This document shows positions 1 to 14,150 of a DNA stretch of 64,000 nucleotides, piece by piece (within the stretch, counting starts at the first letter, position 1; each line of letters begins with the position of its first letter). A program made the translations under genes and the position numbers. The notes under the pieces are model-generated. The model was not told where the DNA came from, did not search any database, and was given only the letters and a program-made list of their open reading frames with translations. The DNA is from Eledone cirrhosa. Lineage: Eukaryota. Location of the stretch: the NCBI GenBank assembly GCA_964016885.1, contig OZ024753.1, positions 9,734,001-9,798,000 of the forward strand, given 5' to 3'.

Positions 1-2075
1 TGGCTCCTGTAAACTGAGTTAACAATACATCTGCTAAGGCGACATGTCAGACAATTTATCTTTAAGGCCAACAAAAAAGTTAAGCACTTTACACGAGGTG
101 TAAGACATCCTACTCACAGAATAAAAAGTGACAAAACACCTACTATAGCCATATGTCGGACAATTTATCTATACAGCTGCTAATAAAAGAAATATGTTAA
201 AACCAGAGGTAAGAAAAACGTCCTGACATTGAATGAATCAGGTTTTTCATATAATTTTCTACTGACAGAAGTCAAAATTGAATAAGAAAAAAAAAGAAAA
301 GAAGAAGAATCAAATCTATTTTATTTAGTCTGTAGGCTGGCATATCACCACCACCACCATCATCATCATCATCATTATCATCATTACCATCGGTATTATA
401 GTCCAAATATAAGTGGATGGAGAATTATTGCTAATATTGATCTAAGCAAGCTGGGTATGACAAGTAAAAGTGGTTAGAAAACAGGATGATGTCCAAAGAA
501 AAATGTCCAGCAAATACAACTGACCTATGTGTGTGTGTGTGTGGTGTGTGTGTAATTGTTTGTTTATCTGTTATTGTGTATATGTGTATGTGTGTGTATT
601 CGTGTAAGTGTAACTGTTTGTGTATGTGTGTGTGTATGCATGAAATTGTGTATGTGTATATTTGCGTGTGTATGTGTAACTGTTTGTGTGTGTATGTAAC
701 TGTGTAGGTGCGTGTATGTAACTGTTTGTGTGTGTATGTGTAATTGTGTGTGTGTGCAACCGTTTGTGTATATGTGGAACTGTTTGTGCGTGTATGTATG
801 CAACTGTTTGTGTATATGTGGAACTGTTTGTGTGTGTGGGTGCAACTGTTTGTGTGTGTGTATGCAACTGTTTGTGTGTGTGGGTGCAACTGTTTGTGTG
901 TGTGGGTGCAACTGTTTGTGTGCTTATGTGTGGAGGTGGTAGACATTCATCATCATCATTTTACGTCCACTTTTCCCTGCTTGCAAGGGTGGGACTAAAG
1001 TCTAAAGTCTGTCTTAAGCCAGAAGGCTCATTTGGCCGGTGCTTATCCCGTGAAGCGACTGAGAGTACAAGACTCCCCCCTGGACAGGACGCCAGTCCAT
1101 CAAAGGGTTAAACCTCCAGCCATTGCTGGCACTCATTTTCAGCTGAGTAAACTGGAGCAACGTCAAATAAAGTGGGTAGACATTACCAACATAATAAAGC
1201 GATAATCTCTTAATAGCCTGAGGAAAAACTGGGTCTTTGATAGAGAGGTTGACCTGTCTGAGAGGACTGATACATCATCATCATCATCATCATTTAATGG
1301 CCACTTTTTCATGCTGGCATGGGTTGGACAGGTCATCAAAGGACAAGTCAGTATTTAACTGGAGGTAATGTCCTCCAAGGATCCTACATTCTTGAAAGTA
1401 CAACTGGGAAGGATGAGAGAAAAACCTAATGGCGGCACAATTTGAACACAGAACTTACAATGAAAATTTATTCTTTAGTTGTGTCAAGGACATGACAGCT
1501 TCCCTGGTGCTGGTGATCTACACAATAAAAGCACCTACTACACTCTGTAAAAGTGGTTGGTGTTAGGAAAGGCATCCAGCTGTAGAAAGTTTGCCAAATA
1601 GAGGGTTGGGAGGACCCTTTAGTTACATCAAGGACATGACAACCTCTCTGGAGTTAGGGATCTACACCATAGAAGTACCCAGTACATGCTGTAAAGTGGT
1701 TGGTGTTAGGAAGGGCATCCAGTCATAGAAAGCTTGCTAAACAATGGGTTAGGAGAACCCTTCAGTTTGTGTCAAAAAACACAACTTCTCTGCACTCGAT
1801 AATGACTGTACTTAAGCGGGATACAGATCTCCCAGATCAGTTGATCTGGGAGATCAGTAACCTTGCATCAGTACTGACTCAGTCTATGTAGACTCATCAA
1901 CCCTTGTTAACAGGGAAAGCAGATGTTAAATGATGATGATGATGATGATGAAACACATTAAATCTTATAATCAGGATTTAAAATGCACTGGATTTAAATA
2001 GGTTACGCTCAACACTTCTGTTACTAAATTTCTAATGAAAGACACCGCTTATGATTTTCAAATAATTTTAAAATT

Positions 2076-2269
2076 ACTGTATATATACTCAAATATAAGC
2101 TGACCCTCATCTTATGTCTGAGAAATGGGCAAAAATCCCAACCCCATTCATAAGCTGAGGCAGAAAATCAACATATTGTTTACATGGTGTATATAAGCCA
2201 CCACCACCCCTCATTTTACTATTGATTTTTTGGTCATATTTTTCAGCTTATATTCCAGTATATACGGTA
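2076..2269. mobile_element. Tc1/pogo(Tigger)-type MITE
   Basis: TA-CTGTATATATACTCAAATATAAGCTGA ... TCAGCTTATATTCCAGTATATACGG-TA; second copy at ~4703-4917. Confidence 0.7.
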
Positions 2270-2319
2270 ATCAAGAATTGGAAAGGATTTAGTAATATAA
2301 CTTTCTTGTTATTAAGCTG

Positions 2320-3575
2320 TGATCAATTGATCAAGGATGACCAGAGGATCAACAACAACATTGGTCTACAGTGATCAAGGATGACCAGAGGATCAACAAC
2401 AACAACAATGGTCTACTGTGATCAAAGATAACCAGAGGATCAACAACATTGGTCTACTTGATCTACTGAAATAAAGGATGACCAGAGGATCAACAACGGT
2501 CTACTTGATCTGGTCTACTTGATCTGGTAGATTTACTTGATCAAGGATGACCAGAGGATCAACAACAACACATTGGTCTACTGTGATCAAAGATGACCAG
2601 AGGATCAACAACATCAACACATTGGTCTACTAAAATAAAGGATGACCAGATGATCAACAACAATAAAACATTGGTCTAGTGAAATAAAGGATGACTAGAG
2701 GATCAACAACATTGGTCTACTTGATCTGGTTGATCTACTTGATCAAGGATGACCAGAGGATCAACAACAACACATTGGTCTACTGTGATCAAAGATGACC
2801 AGAGGATCAACAACAACAAAACATTGGTCTACTGAAATAAAGGATGACCAGAGGATCAACAACGGTCTACTCGATCTGGCCTACTTGATCTGGTTGATCT
2901 ACTTGATCAAGGATGACCAGATGATCAACATATTGGTCTACAGTGATCAAGGATGACCAGAGGATCAACAACAACAACAACACATTGGTCTACAGTGATC
3001 AAGGATGACCAGAGGAGCAACAACAACAACACATTGGTCTACAGTGATCAAGGATGACCAGAGGATCAACAACAACAACACATTGGTCTACAGTGATCAA
3101 GAATGGCCAGAGGATCAACGACATTGGTCTACTTGATCTGCTTGATCTACTTCATCAAGGATGACCAGAGGATCAACAACACAGTGGTCTGCTCTATTCG
3201 GGGTGACCAGAGAATCAAGAACAACAACAACACAATGGTCTACTCTAGTAGGGGTGACCAGAGAGCCAACAACAACAGAGTGATCTCCTCTAGTAGGGGT
3301 GATCAGAGAATTAACAACAACAACACAATGGTCTGCTCTATTAGGGGTGATCAGCGAATTAACATCAACAACAGAATGGTCTGCTCTAGTAGGGGTGATC
3401 AGAGAATTAACATCAACAACACAATGGTCTGCTCTAGTAGGGGTGATCAGAGAATTAACAACAACAACACAATGGTCTGCTCTATTAGGGGTGATCAGAG
3501 AATTAACAACAACAAAACAATGGTCTGCTCTATTAGGGAGTGATCAGAGAATCACAACAACAACAACACAATTAA
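2320..3575. repeat. compound minisatellite: ~45-60-bp GGATGACCAGAGGATC(AAC)n units grading into GGGGTGATCAGAGAATT units
   Basis: visible tandem units with variable (AAC)n. Confidence 0.9.
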
Positions 3576-3707
3576 CAGTGGTAAAGATGACAATAATTTA
3601 TCTAATCAAGGCAATCTTTAACAATAATATAATTTATATTTTAATGATTCATTGGTGTTGAAAGACAAATAACATCAAAGTCTCCGAACTTCAAATGAAG
3701 TAAACAA

Positions 3708-3739
<32 letters not shown>

Positions 3740-3856
3740 ATCTGTCTATCTCTCTCACTATATATCTATCTGTCTATCTCTCTCTCTTTCAATATACTCT
3801 TTCTCTCTCTCTTTCAATATACTCCTTGTCTCTCCCCTCTCTCTCAATATACTCCA

Positions 3857-3897
<41 letters not shown>

Positions 3898-5124
3898 TTA
3901 CACACACACATATGTATGTGTATGATGATGATAAGTATACAGAGATAGGTATCAGATATGTGTGTATATATACATGTATGTATGTATGTATGTATGTATG
4001 TATGTAGTCGTCGTCATCATTTTACATCCGCTTTTCCCTGCTTGCAAGGGTGGGACAGGAACTGATTCTGGCTTGATTTCTACAGCTGGATGCCCTTCCT
4101 AACACCAATCTCATTTACAGTGAGTGCTGGGTGCTTTTTTGCCGTGGCACCTCCACGACCACTTTGCAGTGGAATGATAGGGACCTCAGTCCCTACCATC
4201 TCATTTCTACAGCTGAGTAAACTGGAGCAATGTGAAATAAAGTGTCTTGCTCAAGGAAACAACACATCACCCGGTCTGAGAATTGAACTCACAACCTTGT
4301 GATTGCAAGGCCAATGCTCTAACCACTAAGCCATGTGCCTCCATATATGTATATATACTTCAATATACACACACACACACACATATGTATGTGAGTGATG
4401 ATGATAAGTATTCTCAAATAGGTTTCACATATATATGTGTGTGTGTGTGTGATTACAACATTTCACATTTAACCCTTTAGTATTTAAACCGGCTGTATCT
4501 CTCACCTCTTTCTGTTCAAACTGGCTGTATCCAGCCACTCATACTGATGTTAAGGTATTGTCCTCAAAATAAATAACAACAAAATCTCATAGATTCAATA
4601 TTATGCAAGATAAAATGTTTACTGTGAAAATACAATAGTCTCTAAATGGGACCCATCTAACCCATGCTAGCGTGGAAGATAGACATTAACTGATGATGAT
4701 GATACCATATATGCTTAAATATAAGTGACTCCAAATATAACCGCCCCTCTCTATTTTATGTCTGGGGAATCGGTAAAAATCCCAACCTTGTTTATAAACC
4801 GAGACAGCTAATCAACACATTGTTTAGATGGCATATGTAAGCCGACCCCCCCCCCCCCATTTTACCATTAATACTTTTCTCACATATCTCTTGGCTTATA
4901 TTTGAATATATATGGTAAATGAGAATATGCAACATTTTTACCCTGTCATGGTTCAGGCCGCTAGAAATAGCAGTTAATTCTCACTCAAATTACACACTAA
5001 CACCCTCACGTGGCCTAACGGTTAAGATATTTGATGTATGATTGTAATGTCATTGCTTTGATTCTTGGACAGGGTGCTGCATTGTGTTCTTGAGCAATAC
5101 ATTTTATTTCCCATTGCTCTAGTA

Positions 5125-6012
5125 CAAAGGTTCTCAACCCATTTTCCCCCTCAAATTCACGAAACGCCCCCCCCCCCCCCTATTTTTCCATTTTTCAATA
5201 TACTACTGATTTTGATATCAGTAGATTACTGGGCCAAATCAAGTTATCTTAGAATCTTTAAAAAATACTCGTACAAATTAAATACAAAAAAGTTTCAGTC
5301 CAAAACAAAACCAAGCTATTTCAAATTATATATTTTTGAAATAAAAAAAAAAAGATTTGATCTCAGACGAAAAAGCTTTTTTTTCTTTTTAAATTCTATA
5401 TTTCACTGTTAGCTGTTGTAATATTTTGAGTGGATAGACAATTGAAACTGTAAAGTCAAAATACAAAAGATTAAAATATGAAGAATTTCTTACCTTTCTC
5501 TGAAATCACAAACTCAGGGGAAAAATAGTACCTTGCAAAATAATATACCTCGTAGCAAAATAAAATACTTAGTAGCAAGGAATGAATTGAGAAGCTTGGT
5601 GACTGAGAAAGCAATATCTGTATCCCTCATATATATATACATAGATATCCCTTATATATATAGATATATACACACACACGCATAAACGCGCGCGATCACA
5701 CACACACACACACACACACACAAACAAACTTGTGTGTGTGTGTGTGCCTTGGTTTTGGTACAGAAAGAATTTTGTTTCCAGTTTTTATTGCCAGGTTGAA
5801 GGCCACTGCTCTTTTCAACAACACCAAATAACAACGTCATATATATATATATATATATATGAAGAGAGAAAGAGGGGGGGGGGGGGCAGAGAGAGTAAAA
5901 AATGTGTGTGTTTGGTAAACGTCTATCTATCTATCTATATATCTCCAACAGGGAGCTCAAACATGGTAGAGCAGACTGAAAAAAGAAAATATATATGTGT
6001 GTGTGTATAATA

Positions 6013-6045
<33 letters not shown>

Positions 6046-6060
6046 TATACACACACACAC

Positions 6061-6092
<32 letters not shown>

Positions 6093-6162
6093 TCTTACAC
6101 ACTTAAATATAAATGCATGTATAAATGCATAGCTATATACATACGTAAATGTATGTATGTAG

Positions 6163-6198
<36 letters not shown>

Positions 6199-7132
6199 AT
6201 GTGTGTGTGTGTGTAGATTTATATATATACTAGCAGTAAAGCCCGGCGTTGCTCGGGGTCGCTCAGTAGCTGTGTTAAAGTTACAATGTTAAGTTTCTTT
6301 TTTGGCTTAAAGTCTGTCTGCACGACTGTCTGTCTGCATGCCTAACGAAATTTACAGATACATATATTTTAAATAAACTTATATAATTTTTGCTTTTTTT
6401 TTACGAAATATTTGCTTGTTTTATTTACGTAGTCTTTAAATAGACTTGTTTTCAAGTAAAAATATTGTTTTAAAAGGCTTTTAAATGGAAATGAAGCAAA
6501 ACGGAAGCTTAGTGTTCGAACTGATGAATTTTGCAGGTCAAAATTTTGCTGGCTCGACAACTGTTCGTGTATTGTGTTAATGTCATTTTAAACGCTGAGA
6601 AAGCCAGCGTAATTTTTTTAATTTTTGCAGAACGTAAGACGCTCAATGTAAACAGAACAAAGGGAAATAACTCGTCACTTACGCTCAAAAATCGATACAT
6701 TAGATTCGATTTCGTCACATAGGGTGGGTCAATTTGAAATATTTTTTTTCCGATGTCTTCGCTAGGGCTCAATGTACAAGTATAGCAATTTCGGTGCAAT
6801 TCCGTCAGAAATTCTAAGAGGAGATGTGTGCCAAAAATTGATAGACAGACAAACAACCACTCAATGTAAACAGAACAAAGGGAAATAACTCGTTACTTAC
6901 GCTCAAAAATCGATACATTAGATTCGATTTCGTCACATAGGGTGGGTCAATTTGAAATATTTTTTTTCCGATGTCTTCGCTCGGGCTCAATGTACAAGTA
7001 TAGCAATTTCGGTGCAATTCCGTCAGAGATTCTAAGAGGAGATGTGTGCCAAAAATCGATAGACAGACAGACAACCACAGCTTTATATATATAGATATAT
7101 GTATGTAGATATATATAGATATATGTATGTAG

Positions 7133-7175
<43 letters not shown>

Positions 7176-7196
7176 GATATACAATATATATTTATC

Positions 7197-7230
<34 letters not shown>

Positions 7231-7897
7231 CATACATACATTTACGTATGTATATAGCTATGCATTTATACATTTGTATATATACATGCATTTATATTTA
7301 TGTTTTTTTGGGGGGTAAGGAGAAAATTTTGTCTCCAGATGTTATTACCCAGGGAGGTTAAATACCACAGCTCTGGCTGAAAGCAGACCAGGTTCTCAAC
7401 CTCATCAAACACTAACGCAGGCCTGTGTGTGTATATATGTGTGTGTGTGTATGTATGTGCGTATGCATGTGTGTGTATGTATGTATGTGCGTATGCATGT
7501 GTGTGTATGTTCGTATGTATGTATATGTAGACACCCACACCTTTCATCACCATTGCTTCTTTTTGTTGTCATTTCTGTTGAAGTTGTTCTTATAACTGTT
7601 GTCAAAGTTGACATCCTTATGTTCATTTTCTTTGATATCTTTCCTTTTTTTTTTATCTCCCTAGGGAATTCGTTGACAAGCTTCTTTTATTTATTTTCTT
7701 CGTTTTCTTCATTCAAATGCATTCACACTGGCTGTCTAAGAGACGTACAAATACTCACTTATAAAACTTACCAAACTAAAAAAGTAAAGGGGCTTCTAGC
7801 ACCCCTCAAAACTTCAAACAGCCCCCTAACGCCTCCTGGAGCTCCGAAAAGCCCCCGGGAGAGGGGTGGGGCATATGCCCCTCGTTGAGAACCTTTG
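5125..7897. mobile_element. non-autonomous hAT-type transposon inserted into a CORE-type SINE
   Basis: TIR CAAAGGTTCTCAAC / GTTGAGAACCTTTG; 8-bp TSD CTCTAGTA (5117-5124) / CTGTAGTA (7898-7905); SINE sequence resumes across the insertion. Confidence 0.8.
6230..7095 (-). mobile_element. non-autonomous Helitron nested in the hAT element
   Basis: 5' TCTATATATATAAAG..GTCTGTCTGTC; 3' hairpin CCCGAGCAACGCCGGG then CTAG; inserted between A and T; internal ~220-bp tandem duplication (~6640-7080). Confidence 0.8.
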
Positions 7898-8227
7898 CTG
7901 TAGTATTCAGCTGAGATTGAGTACCAGAAGTAACTGGGGAGTTAAACCTGCAATAGACTAGTGTCCTATCCAGGGAAAGTCTTGTACTGGAAGTTGCTTA
8001 ACACCAAGGAAACCAGGGATAAGAAGCGATCTGATGAGCCTTCAGCTTAGAAAAGACTTTAACCTTCAAAAAGGCACATTGGATAATGTAATCCTAGATG
8101 TCGAGATTAAAAAAAATGAAGACACGATGGCCATGGTTGGAATGCCTTTGATCCAAAGCTACTCAATCAAGACTGGCCAAGGTCTCAACAACAACATATC
8201 ACTGACAACAACAACAACAGATTTTTG

Positions 8228-8790
8228 TATTCCACGTGTCTCACACAAGTGGACATGCTTACAAAGTCAGACAACAGCACAGCTCCCATGACTTTCGGAA
8301 ACATTTTTTCTCACTCAGAGTTGCTGAAGTATGGAACAAACTACTTGCATCAGTTCTTAGTTGCCAAGACACTGCATCCTTTAACCCTTTAGCATTTACA
8401 TTACTCTATATATACTATTGTATTTTCATAATAAACACTTTATCTCACATAATTATTTTACAATAATATCGAATCTATGAGATTTTGATGATATTTATTT
8501 TGAGAACAATACCTTAATATAAGTATTAGCAGCCGGTTATGGCCAGTTTGAACAGAAAGAGGTGAGAGAATTATGGCCAGATATGGCCGGTTTAAATGTT
8601 AAAGGGTTAAAACCTCCATGCTTCCTGAAATTCGCCAACACTACACCTGATTTCCCCGCTCCATACATACATATATCATGACTCATACACTGTTCACTTT
8701 CCTGACATTTGTACATTATTCTATGTACTATACATGCACCGTTGATGAGTTGTAGTGCACCTGAGCACTGTACACATTAATTTCATTATT
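8228..8790 (+). mobile_element. CR1-group LINE 3' fragment
   Basis: GHAYKVRQQHSSHDFRKHFFSLRVAEVWNKL..ASF|KTSMLPEIRQHYT* (CR1 C-terminal FF..RV...WN.L motif), split by the piggyBac MITE; ATT-type tail near 8790. Confidence 0.75.
8385..8606. mobile_element. piggyBac-type MITE
   Basis: TTAA|CCCTTTAGCATTTA...TAAATGTTAAAGGG|TTAA; removal restores the CR1 reading frame; relatives at ~4470-4640, ~24955-24992 and ~29132-29650. Confidence 0.85.
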
Positions 8791-9430
8791 ATAGTGTTGG
8801 ACAACATGCTTTGCAGAAAAGAGTTACGGCTCTTTATGGTCTGAGTTCAAATCCCGCCGAGGTTAACTTTGCTTTTCATCCTTACGGGGTCAATAAAATA
8901 AAGTACCAGTAATACACTGGGATAATTGCTGGTCTTGTGCCAAAAGTAGGAACAATTATTATAACAATATATCACTGACAACAACAATACATAGTGGTAT
9001 CAGTCTGTCTTTCAAACACAGTCTCTCTCTCTCTCTCTCCATTTCTCTCTCAACATTTCGTATGGGAAAAATAATTTCAGTTTACAAATATTTTGGGTGA
9101 CAAACCAGCTTTCAGGGACAAGTTAAGTTCAGAACCAACGTTCCACTGTACTTCAGAGATATTAAGAATCAAGTTTGATAAGACAGGATATAGTAGCAGG
9201 GACAAGGTTTTTCGAATGTCCAACCTAGCAGCAATTTTGCTTAGTTTTCTATTTACTTGGCTACCCTAATCTAAAACACTTCATGAAGAATATTTCTAAT
9301 AGAATGAAAATGTGATGAAAAAAAAAAATCAGAAAACACGAAGGGAGACAACTACTTATAAAAAGTATAAAAGTAATCCCCCTTACAAAAAATGCTGAAT
9401 TAATTTGTCATATGAACTTTATATATAAAA

Positions 9431-9605
9431 TACCGTATTTCCCGGCGTCGAAGACTCTACTTTTTCCCTAAAATAAGTCTAAAAAATCTACCATGCGTCC
9501 TGGGGGCCGAAGGTTGTTTATTATTTTCTTTTTTCAAATTTTTGGCTGTCAAAATTAGGTTGCGTCTTCGAGGACGGAGCGTCTTCAGCGCCGGGAAATA
9601 CGGTT
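9431..9605. mobile_element. Tc1/pogo-type MITE
   Basis: TIR CCGTATTTCCCGGCG / CGCCGGGAAATACGG. Confidence 0.75.
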
Positions 9606-10013
9606 TATAAAATACAGTAAAATACTCGTTTTACAGAATTTTCAGACGTGGAACAAATATAGAGGCTCTGTCAATTATTAATTAAAAAAACTAAGAGTGA
9701 AATTAGGACATTACACATTCAAGTATCCTATCAAACTATTCAAACACGCTTTGCTGTTCTTTTTCGTTTATTTTATTTTTTTATTTATATGATAGTCTTT
9801 ATGCTAACATAACTTGAGTTGATGCAAGAATAAAGAGTTATAAATTGTCAGACAGAGACCTAATTTATATATTAAAGGTTTTTTTTTTTATTTCCAACAA
9901 CACATTTCTGTGAACTTCAAAAACCTGTATGGGTGTGTGTGTGTGTGTATGTGCGTGTGCGTTTGCAACAGTAGATTCGCCACTAGTTTTTCAAATCTTG
10001 TTTTACAAATAAA

Positions 10014-10742
10014 CTAGCAGAATGGCCCGGCGTTGCTCGGGATTCTAAACATAGATTGGCATGTTTATCCCTCCTTTCTGAAACAGTACAGAGAAGTACG
10101 GAATACCTTGGCCTCGGGATGGTGTCTACATTTTGTGCTTATAAAAAAAAAATCGTCGTAAGATTACCAGGGTTTTTTTCCGTGCGAAGAAAATCAATAC
10201 TTTATCGCGAAATAAATACTTTTGTTTATATTTTATTATTGTGTATGCAAAAATATCTGTACACGGATATATAATTATATATATATTAAAATAATAACAG
10301 ATTAAAGTGAAAGCAAAGAATCGCTACTTTCACCCTAAACGAGATCTTCTGAAACTAAAAGAAATCAATCTGTGAACGCAGAAGTAAATATTTCGAAAAA
10401 CGTTACACACTATATATATACACACACACTACATACACATATATACACACACACACACACACACAGCTACATCATAATGTCGTAATGCAGACAGCCAGAC
10501 ATACAGGGCACAACGTTATATCTATGTATCTATCTAAAAAGAGAATGACTAAGAATTATAGAGAGAGATCGCTATATCACCTAATGCGGTCCCTAAGGCA
10601 TTGAAAATTTGAAATATTTTTTGCTCAAAACACTCACAGGACCATAAGAATTACATGTGTAAAGTTTGAAAACAATCGGTTGGGTGGTTCTCGAGTTTTA
10701 GGGATTCAGACAGACAGACATTCTCTGTTTTAGATATATAGA
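10014..10742 (-). mobile_element. non-autonomous Helitron
   Basis: 5' TCTATATATCTAAAAC..GTCTGTCTGTCTG; same 3' hairpin CCCGAGCAACGCCGGG plus CTAG; A^T site. Confidence 0.8.
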
Positions 10743-11129
10743 TATTTAATTTTTGCCAAAGTTATTCCCCTTGAATTTTCAGTTATGCCCCTTGTTAAAA
10801 AAAGTATTTGTAACAAACTTCGAAGAGGAATGTGTATCTCTTATCATTCGTATATAATACAAAAGAAATAGGAATGCATTTATAAAAAGTCTGCAAAAAT
10901 ATTTTTTGGGGGAATGACAAAAAACATTTAACTGTAATAAAACGGAGCCCTTCATCCCTGGATGCCCTCAAAAATGATAATTTTGTAACTTGAGGCTAAT
11001 TTTTTTTTTATTATTTTCTTTTTTCTTTTGAAGATGACAACAATTTTGTGACAAGGCCGTTAACCCAACACCATTATCACTGTTTCAAAACACAGCAGAA
11101 ATGTCTAAAGAAAAAAAATATTTACTTAC

Positions 11130-11169
11130 CTCATAAGATTTTCAATACTTTGTTCTTTGACTTTGATAT
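11130..11169 (-). CDS. DPH5: DPH5 coding exon 6 (40 nt); later exons not found, presumably left of the window
   Basis: ttag|AT ATC AAA...ATG AG|gtaagt; encodes DIKVKEQSIENLMR, completing the LLDIKVKE motif; phase 1->2; cumulative CDS 530 nt. Confidence 0.95.
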
Positions 11170-11299
11170 CTAAAAAACAGAAAAGTTTTAAAAAATAAAG
11201 AAATTATTTTAAAATAATGTTGTCCCTATCAACTAAGAAACCCCAAACTTGCTGTTAATTTTGAACTAAAACATTTATTTTGGCTTCTATTTCATTACA

Positions 11300-12718
11300 G
11301 TTACTGGGTACAATATAGAGTGGGTAGTTAAACTGGGTATATGGAGCATAACAATAAAGAGTGGGTAATTAAACTGGGTGTAGGGAGCATAACAATAAAG
11401 AGTGGGTAATTAAACTGGGTATATGGAACATTACAATAAAGAGTGGGTAATTAAACTGGGTGTAGGGAGCATTACAATAAAGAGTGGGTAATTAAACTGG
11501 GTGTAGGGAGCATTACAATAAAGAGTGGGTAATTAAACTGGGTATATGGAGCATTACAATAAAGAGTGGGTAATTAAACTGGGTGTAGGGAGCATTACAA
11601 TAAAGAGTGGGTAATTAAACTGGGTGTAGGGAGCATTACAATAAAGAGTGGGTAATTAAACTGGGTGTAGGGAGCATTACAATATAGAGGTGGGTAGTTT
11701 AACAGGGTATATGGAACATTATAATATAGAGTGGGTAGTTTAACTGTGTGTATGGAGCATTACAATATAGAGTGGGTAGTTAAACTGGGTGTATGGAACA
11801 TTACAATATAGAGTGGGTAGTTAAACTGGGTATATGGAACATTACAATATAGAGTGGGTACTATAGTGTGGTATAGAGTGGGTAGTGGGAGACAGGGTGT
11901 ACTATAGTGTTGTATAGAGTGGGTAGTGTGAGACAGGGTGTACTATAGTGTTGTATAGAGTGGGTAGTGGGAGTCAGGGTTTACTATAGTATGGTATAGA
12001 GTGGGTAGTACTATAGTGTGGTATAGAGAGGGTAGTACTATAGTGTGGTATAGAGAGGGTAGTGGGAGTCAGGGTTTACTATAGTGTGGTATAGAGAGGG
12101 TAGTACTATAGTGTGGTATAGAGAGGGTAGTGTGAGGCAGGGTGTACTATAGTGTGGTATAGAGAGGGTAGTGTGAGACAGGGTGTACTATAGTGTGGTA
12201 TAAAGAGGGTAGTACTATAGTGTGGTATAGACAGGGTAGTGTGAGACGGTGTACTATAGTGTGGTATAGACAGGGTAATGTGAGACGGTGTACTATAGTG
12301 TCGTATAGAGAGGGTAGTGTGAGACAGGGTGTACTATAGTCTTGTATAGAGAGGATAGTGTGAGACAGGGTGTACTATAGTGTCGTATAGAGAGGGTAGT
12401 GTGAGACAGGGTGTACTATAGTGTGGTATAGGGTGTACTATCGTGTCGTATAGAGAGGGTAGTGTGAGACAGGGTGTATAATATAGTGGTATAGTGTGAC
12501 AGGGTGTACAATAGAGTGGTATAGTGTGACAAGGTATGGTATAGTGTGGGTAGTGTGACAGGGTATACTATATACTACAATAGTGTGATATAGTGTATAT
12601 TAAATATAATAACAGTTGTATAAGGCAGTCATTAGAACATTAGATAGAATGTTTTAAGGCATTTGTTCTGGTTCTCTGCTCACACACACCAAATTACTGA
12701 CATTAATTCTTCCTCTTA

Positions 12719-12753
<35 letters not shown>

Positions 12754-14150
12754 GAAAACCAGCCCAGTACTAGGGTCGATTCTTCCAGGGTACACTGTGG
12801 GTAGTGAAACAGGGTACACTGTGGGTAGTGAAACAGGGTACACTGTGGGTAGTGAAACAGGGTACACTGTAGGTAGTAAAACAGGGTACACTGTGGGTAG
12901 TGAAACAGGGTACACTGTGGGTAGTGAAACAGGGTACACAGTGGGTAGTGAAACAGGGTACACTGTAGGTAGTGAAACAGGGTACACTGTGGGTAGTGAA
13001 ACAGGGTACACTGTGAGTAGTGAAACAGGGTACACTGTAGGTAGTAAAACAGGGTACACTGTGGGTAGTGAAACAGGGTACACTGTGGGTAGTGAAACAG
13101 GGTACACAGTGGGTAGTGAAACAGGGTACACTGTAGGTAGTGAAACAGGGTACGCTGTGGGTAGTGAAACAGGGTACACTGTGGGTAGTGAAACAGGGTA
13201 CACTGTTGGTAGTGAAACAGGGTACACTGTAGGTAGTAAAACAGGGTACACTGTGGGTAGTGAAACAGGGTACACTGTGGGTAGTGAAACAGGGTACACT
13301 GTGGGTAGTGAAACAGGGTACACTGTGGGTAGTGAAACAGGGTACACTGTAGGTAGTAAAACAGGGTACACTGTGGGTAGTGAAACAGGGTACACTGTGG
13401 GTAGTGAAACAGGGTACAGTTGGTAGTAAAACAGGGTACACTGTGGGTAGTGAAACAGGGTACACTGTGGGTAGTAAAACAGGGTACACTGTGGGTAGTG
13501 AAACAGGGTACACTGTTGGTAGTGAAACAGGGTACACTGTGGGTAGGGAAACAGGGTACACTGTGGGTAGGGAAACAGGGTACACTGTGGGTAGTGAAAC
13601 AGGGTTCACTGTGGGTAGTGAAACAGGGTACACTGTGGGTAGTGAAACAGGGTACACTGTGGGTAGTGAAACAGGGTACACTGTGGGTAGTGAAACAGGG
13701 TACACTGTTGGTAATGAAACAGGGTACACTGTTGGTAGTGAAACAGGGTACACTGTGACAGACATAGACCTGGTAGACATGGTCTGGTGGACATGGAGGT
13801 GACAGACAAGTGAAACAGGTTACAGAGAATATTACAATGCAGTGGTGCATTGTGGGTAGTGAAACAGAGTAGAGGGGCCATTACAATAGTGGTGCATTGT
13901 GGGTAATAAAACAGAGTAGAGGGGCCATTACAATACAGTGGTGCATTGTGGGTAATGAAACAGAGTAGAGGGGCCATTACAATACAGTGGTGCATTGTGG
14001 GTAATGAAACAGAGTAGAGGGGCCATTACAATACAGTGGTGCATTGTGGGTAATGAAACAGAGTAGAGGGGCCATTACAATACAGTGGTGCATTGTGGGT
14101 AATGAAACAGAGTAGAGGGGCCATTACAATACAGTGGTGCATTGTGGATA
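11300..14150. repeat. chain of related minisatellites (42-bp, mixed, 24-bp x~40 at 12787-13757, ~55-bp)
   Basis: 24-mer GTGGGTAGTGAAACAGGGTACACT; 42-mer GAGTGGGTAATTAAACTGGGTGTAGGGAGCATTACAATAAA-type. Confidence 0.95.

Noticed and set aside
431-998. His/Thr- and Cys/Val-rich ORFs (also 12703-13995, 23128-23643, 31606-33106, 41142-42562, 53229-54986, 56245-57492)
   Set aside because: Translations of micro- and minisatellites, open in several frames and strands, with no domain signature
5494-5531. 38-nt AG/GT-bounded minus-strand segment (YYFSPEFVISEK), phase-compatible with DPH5 exon 6
   Set aside because: Does not resemble the expected next Dph5 motif (..YEPPR.M) and lies inside the hAT insertion; at most a cryptic exon
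8028-8060. CTGATGAG..GAAA motif
   Set aside because: Lies in a SINE tail and stems I and III do not form
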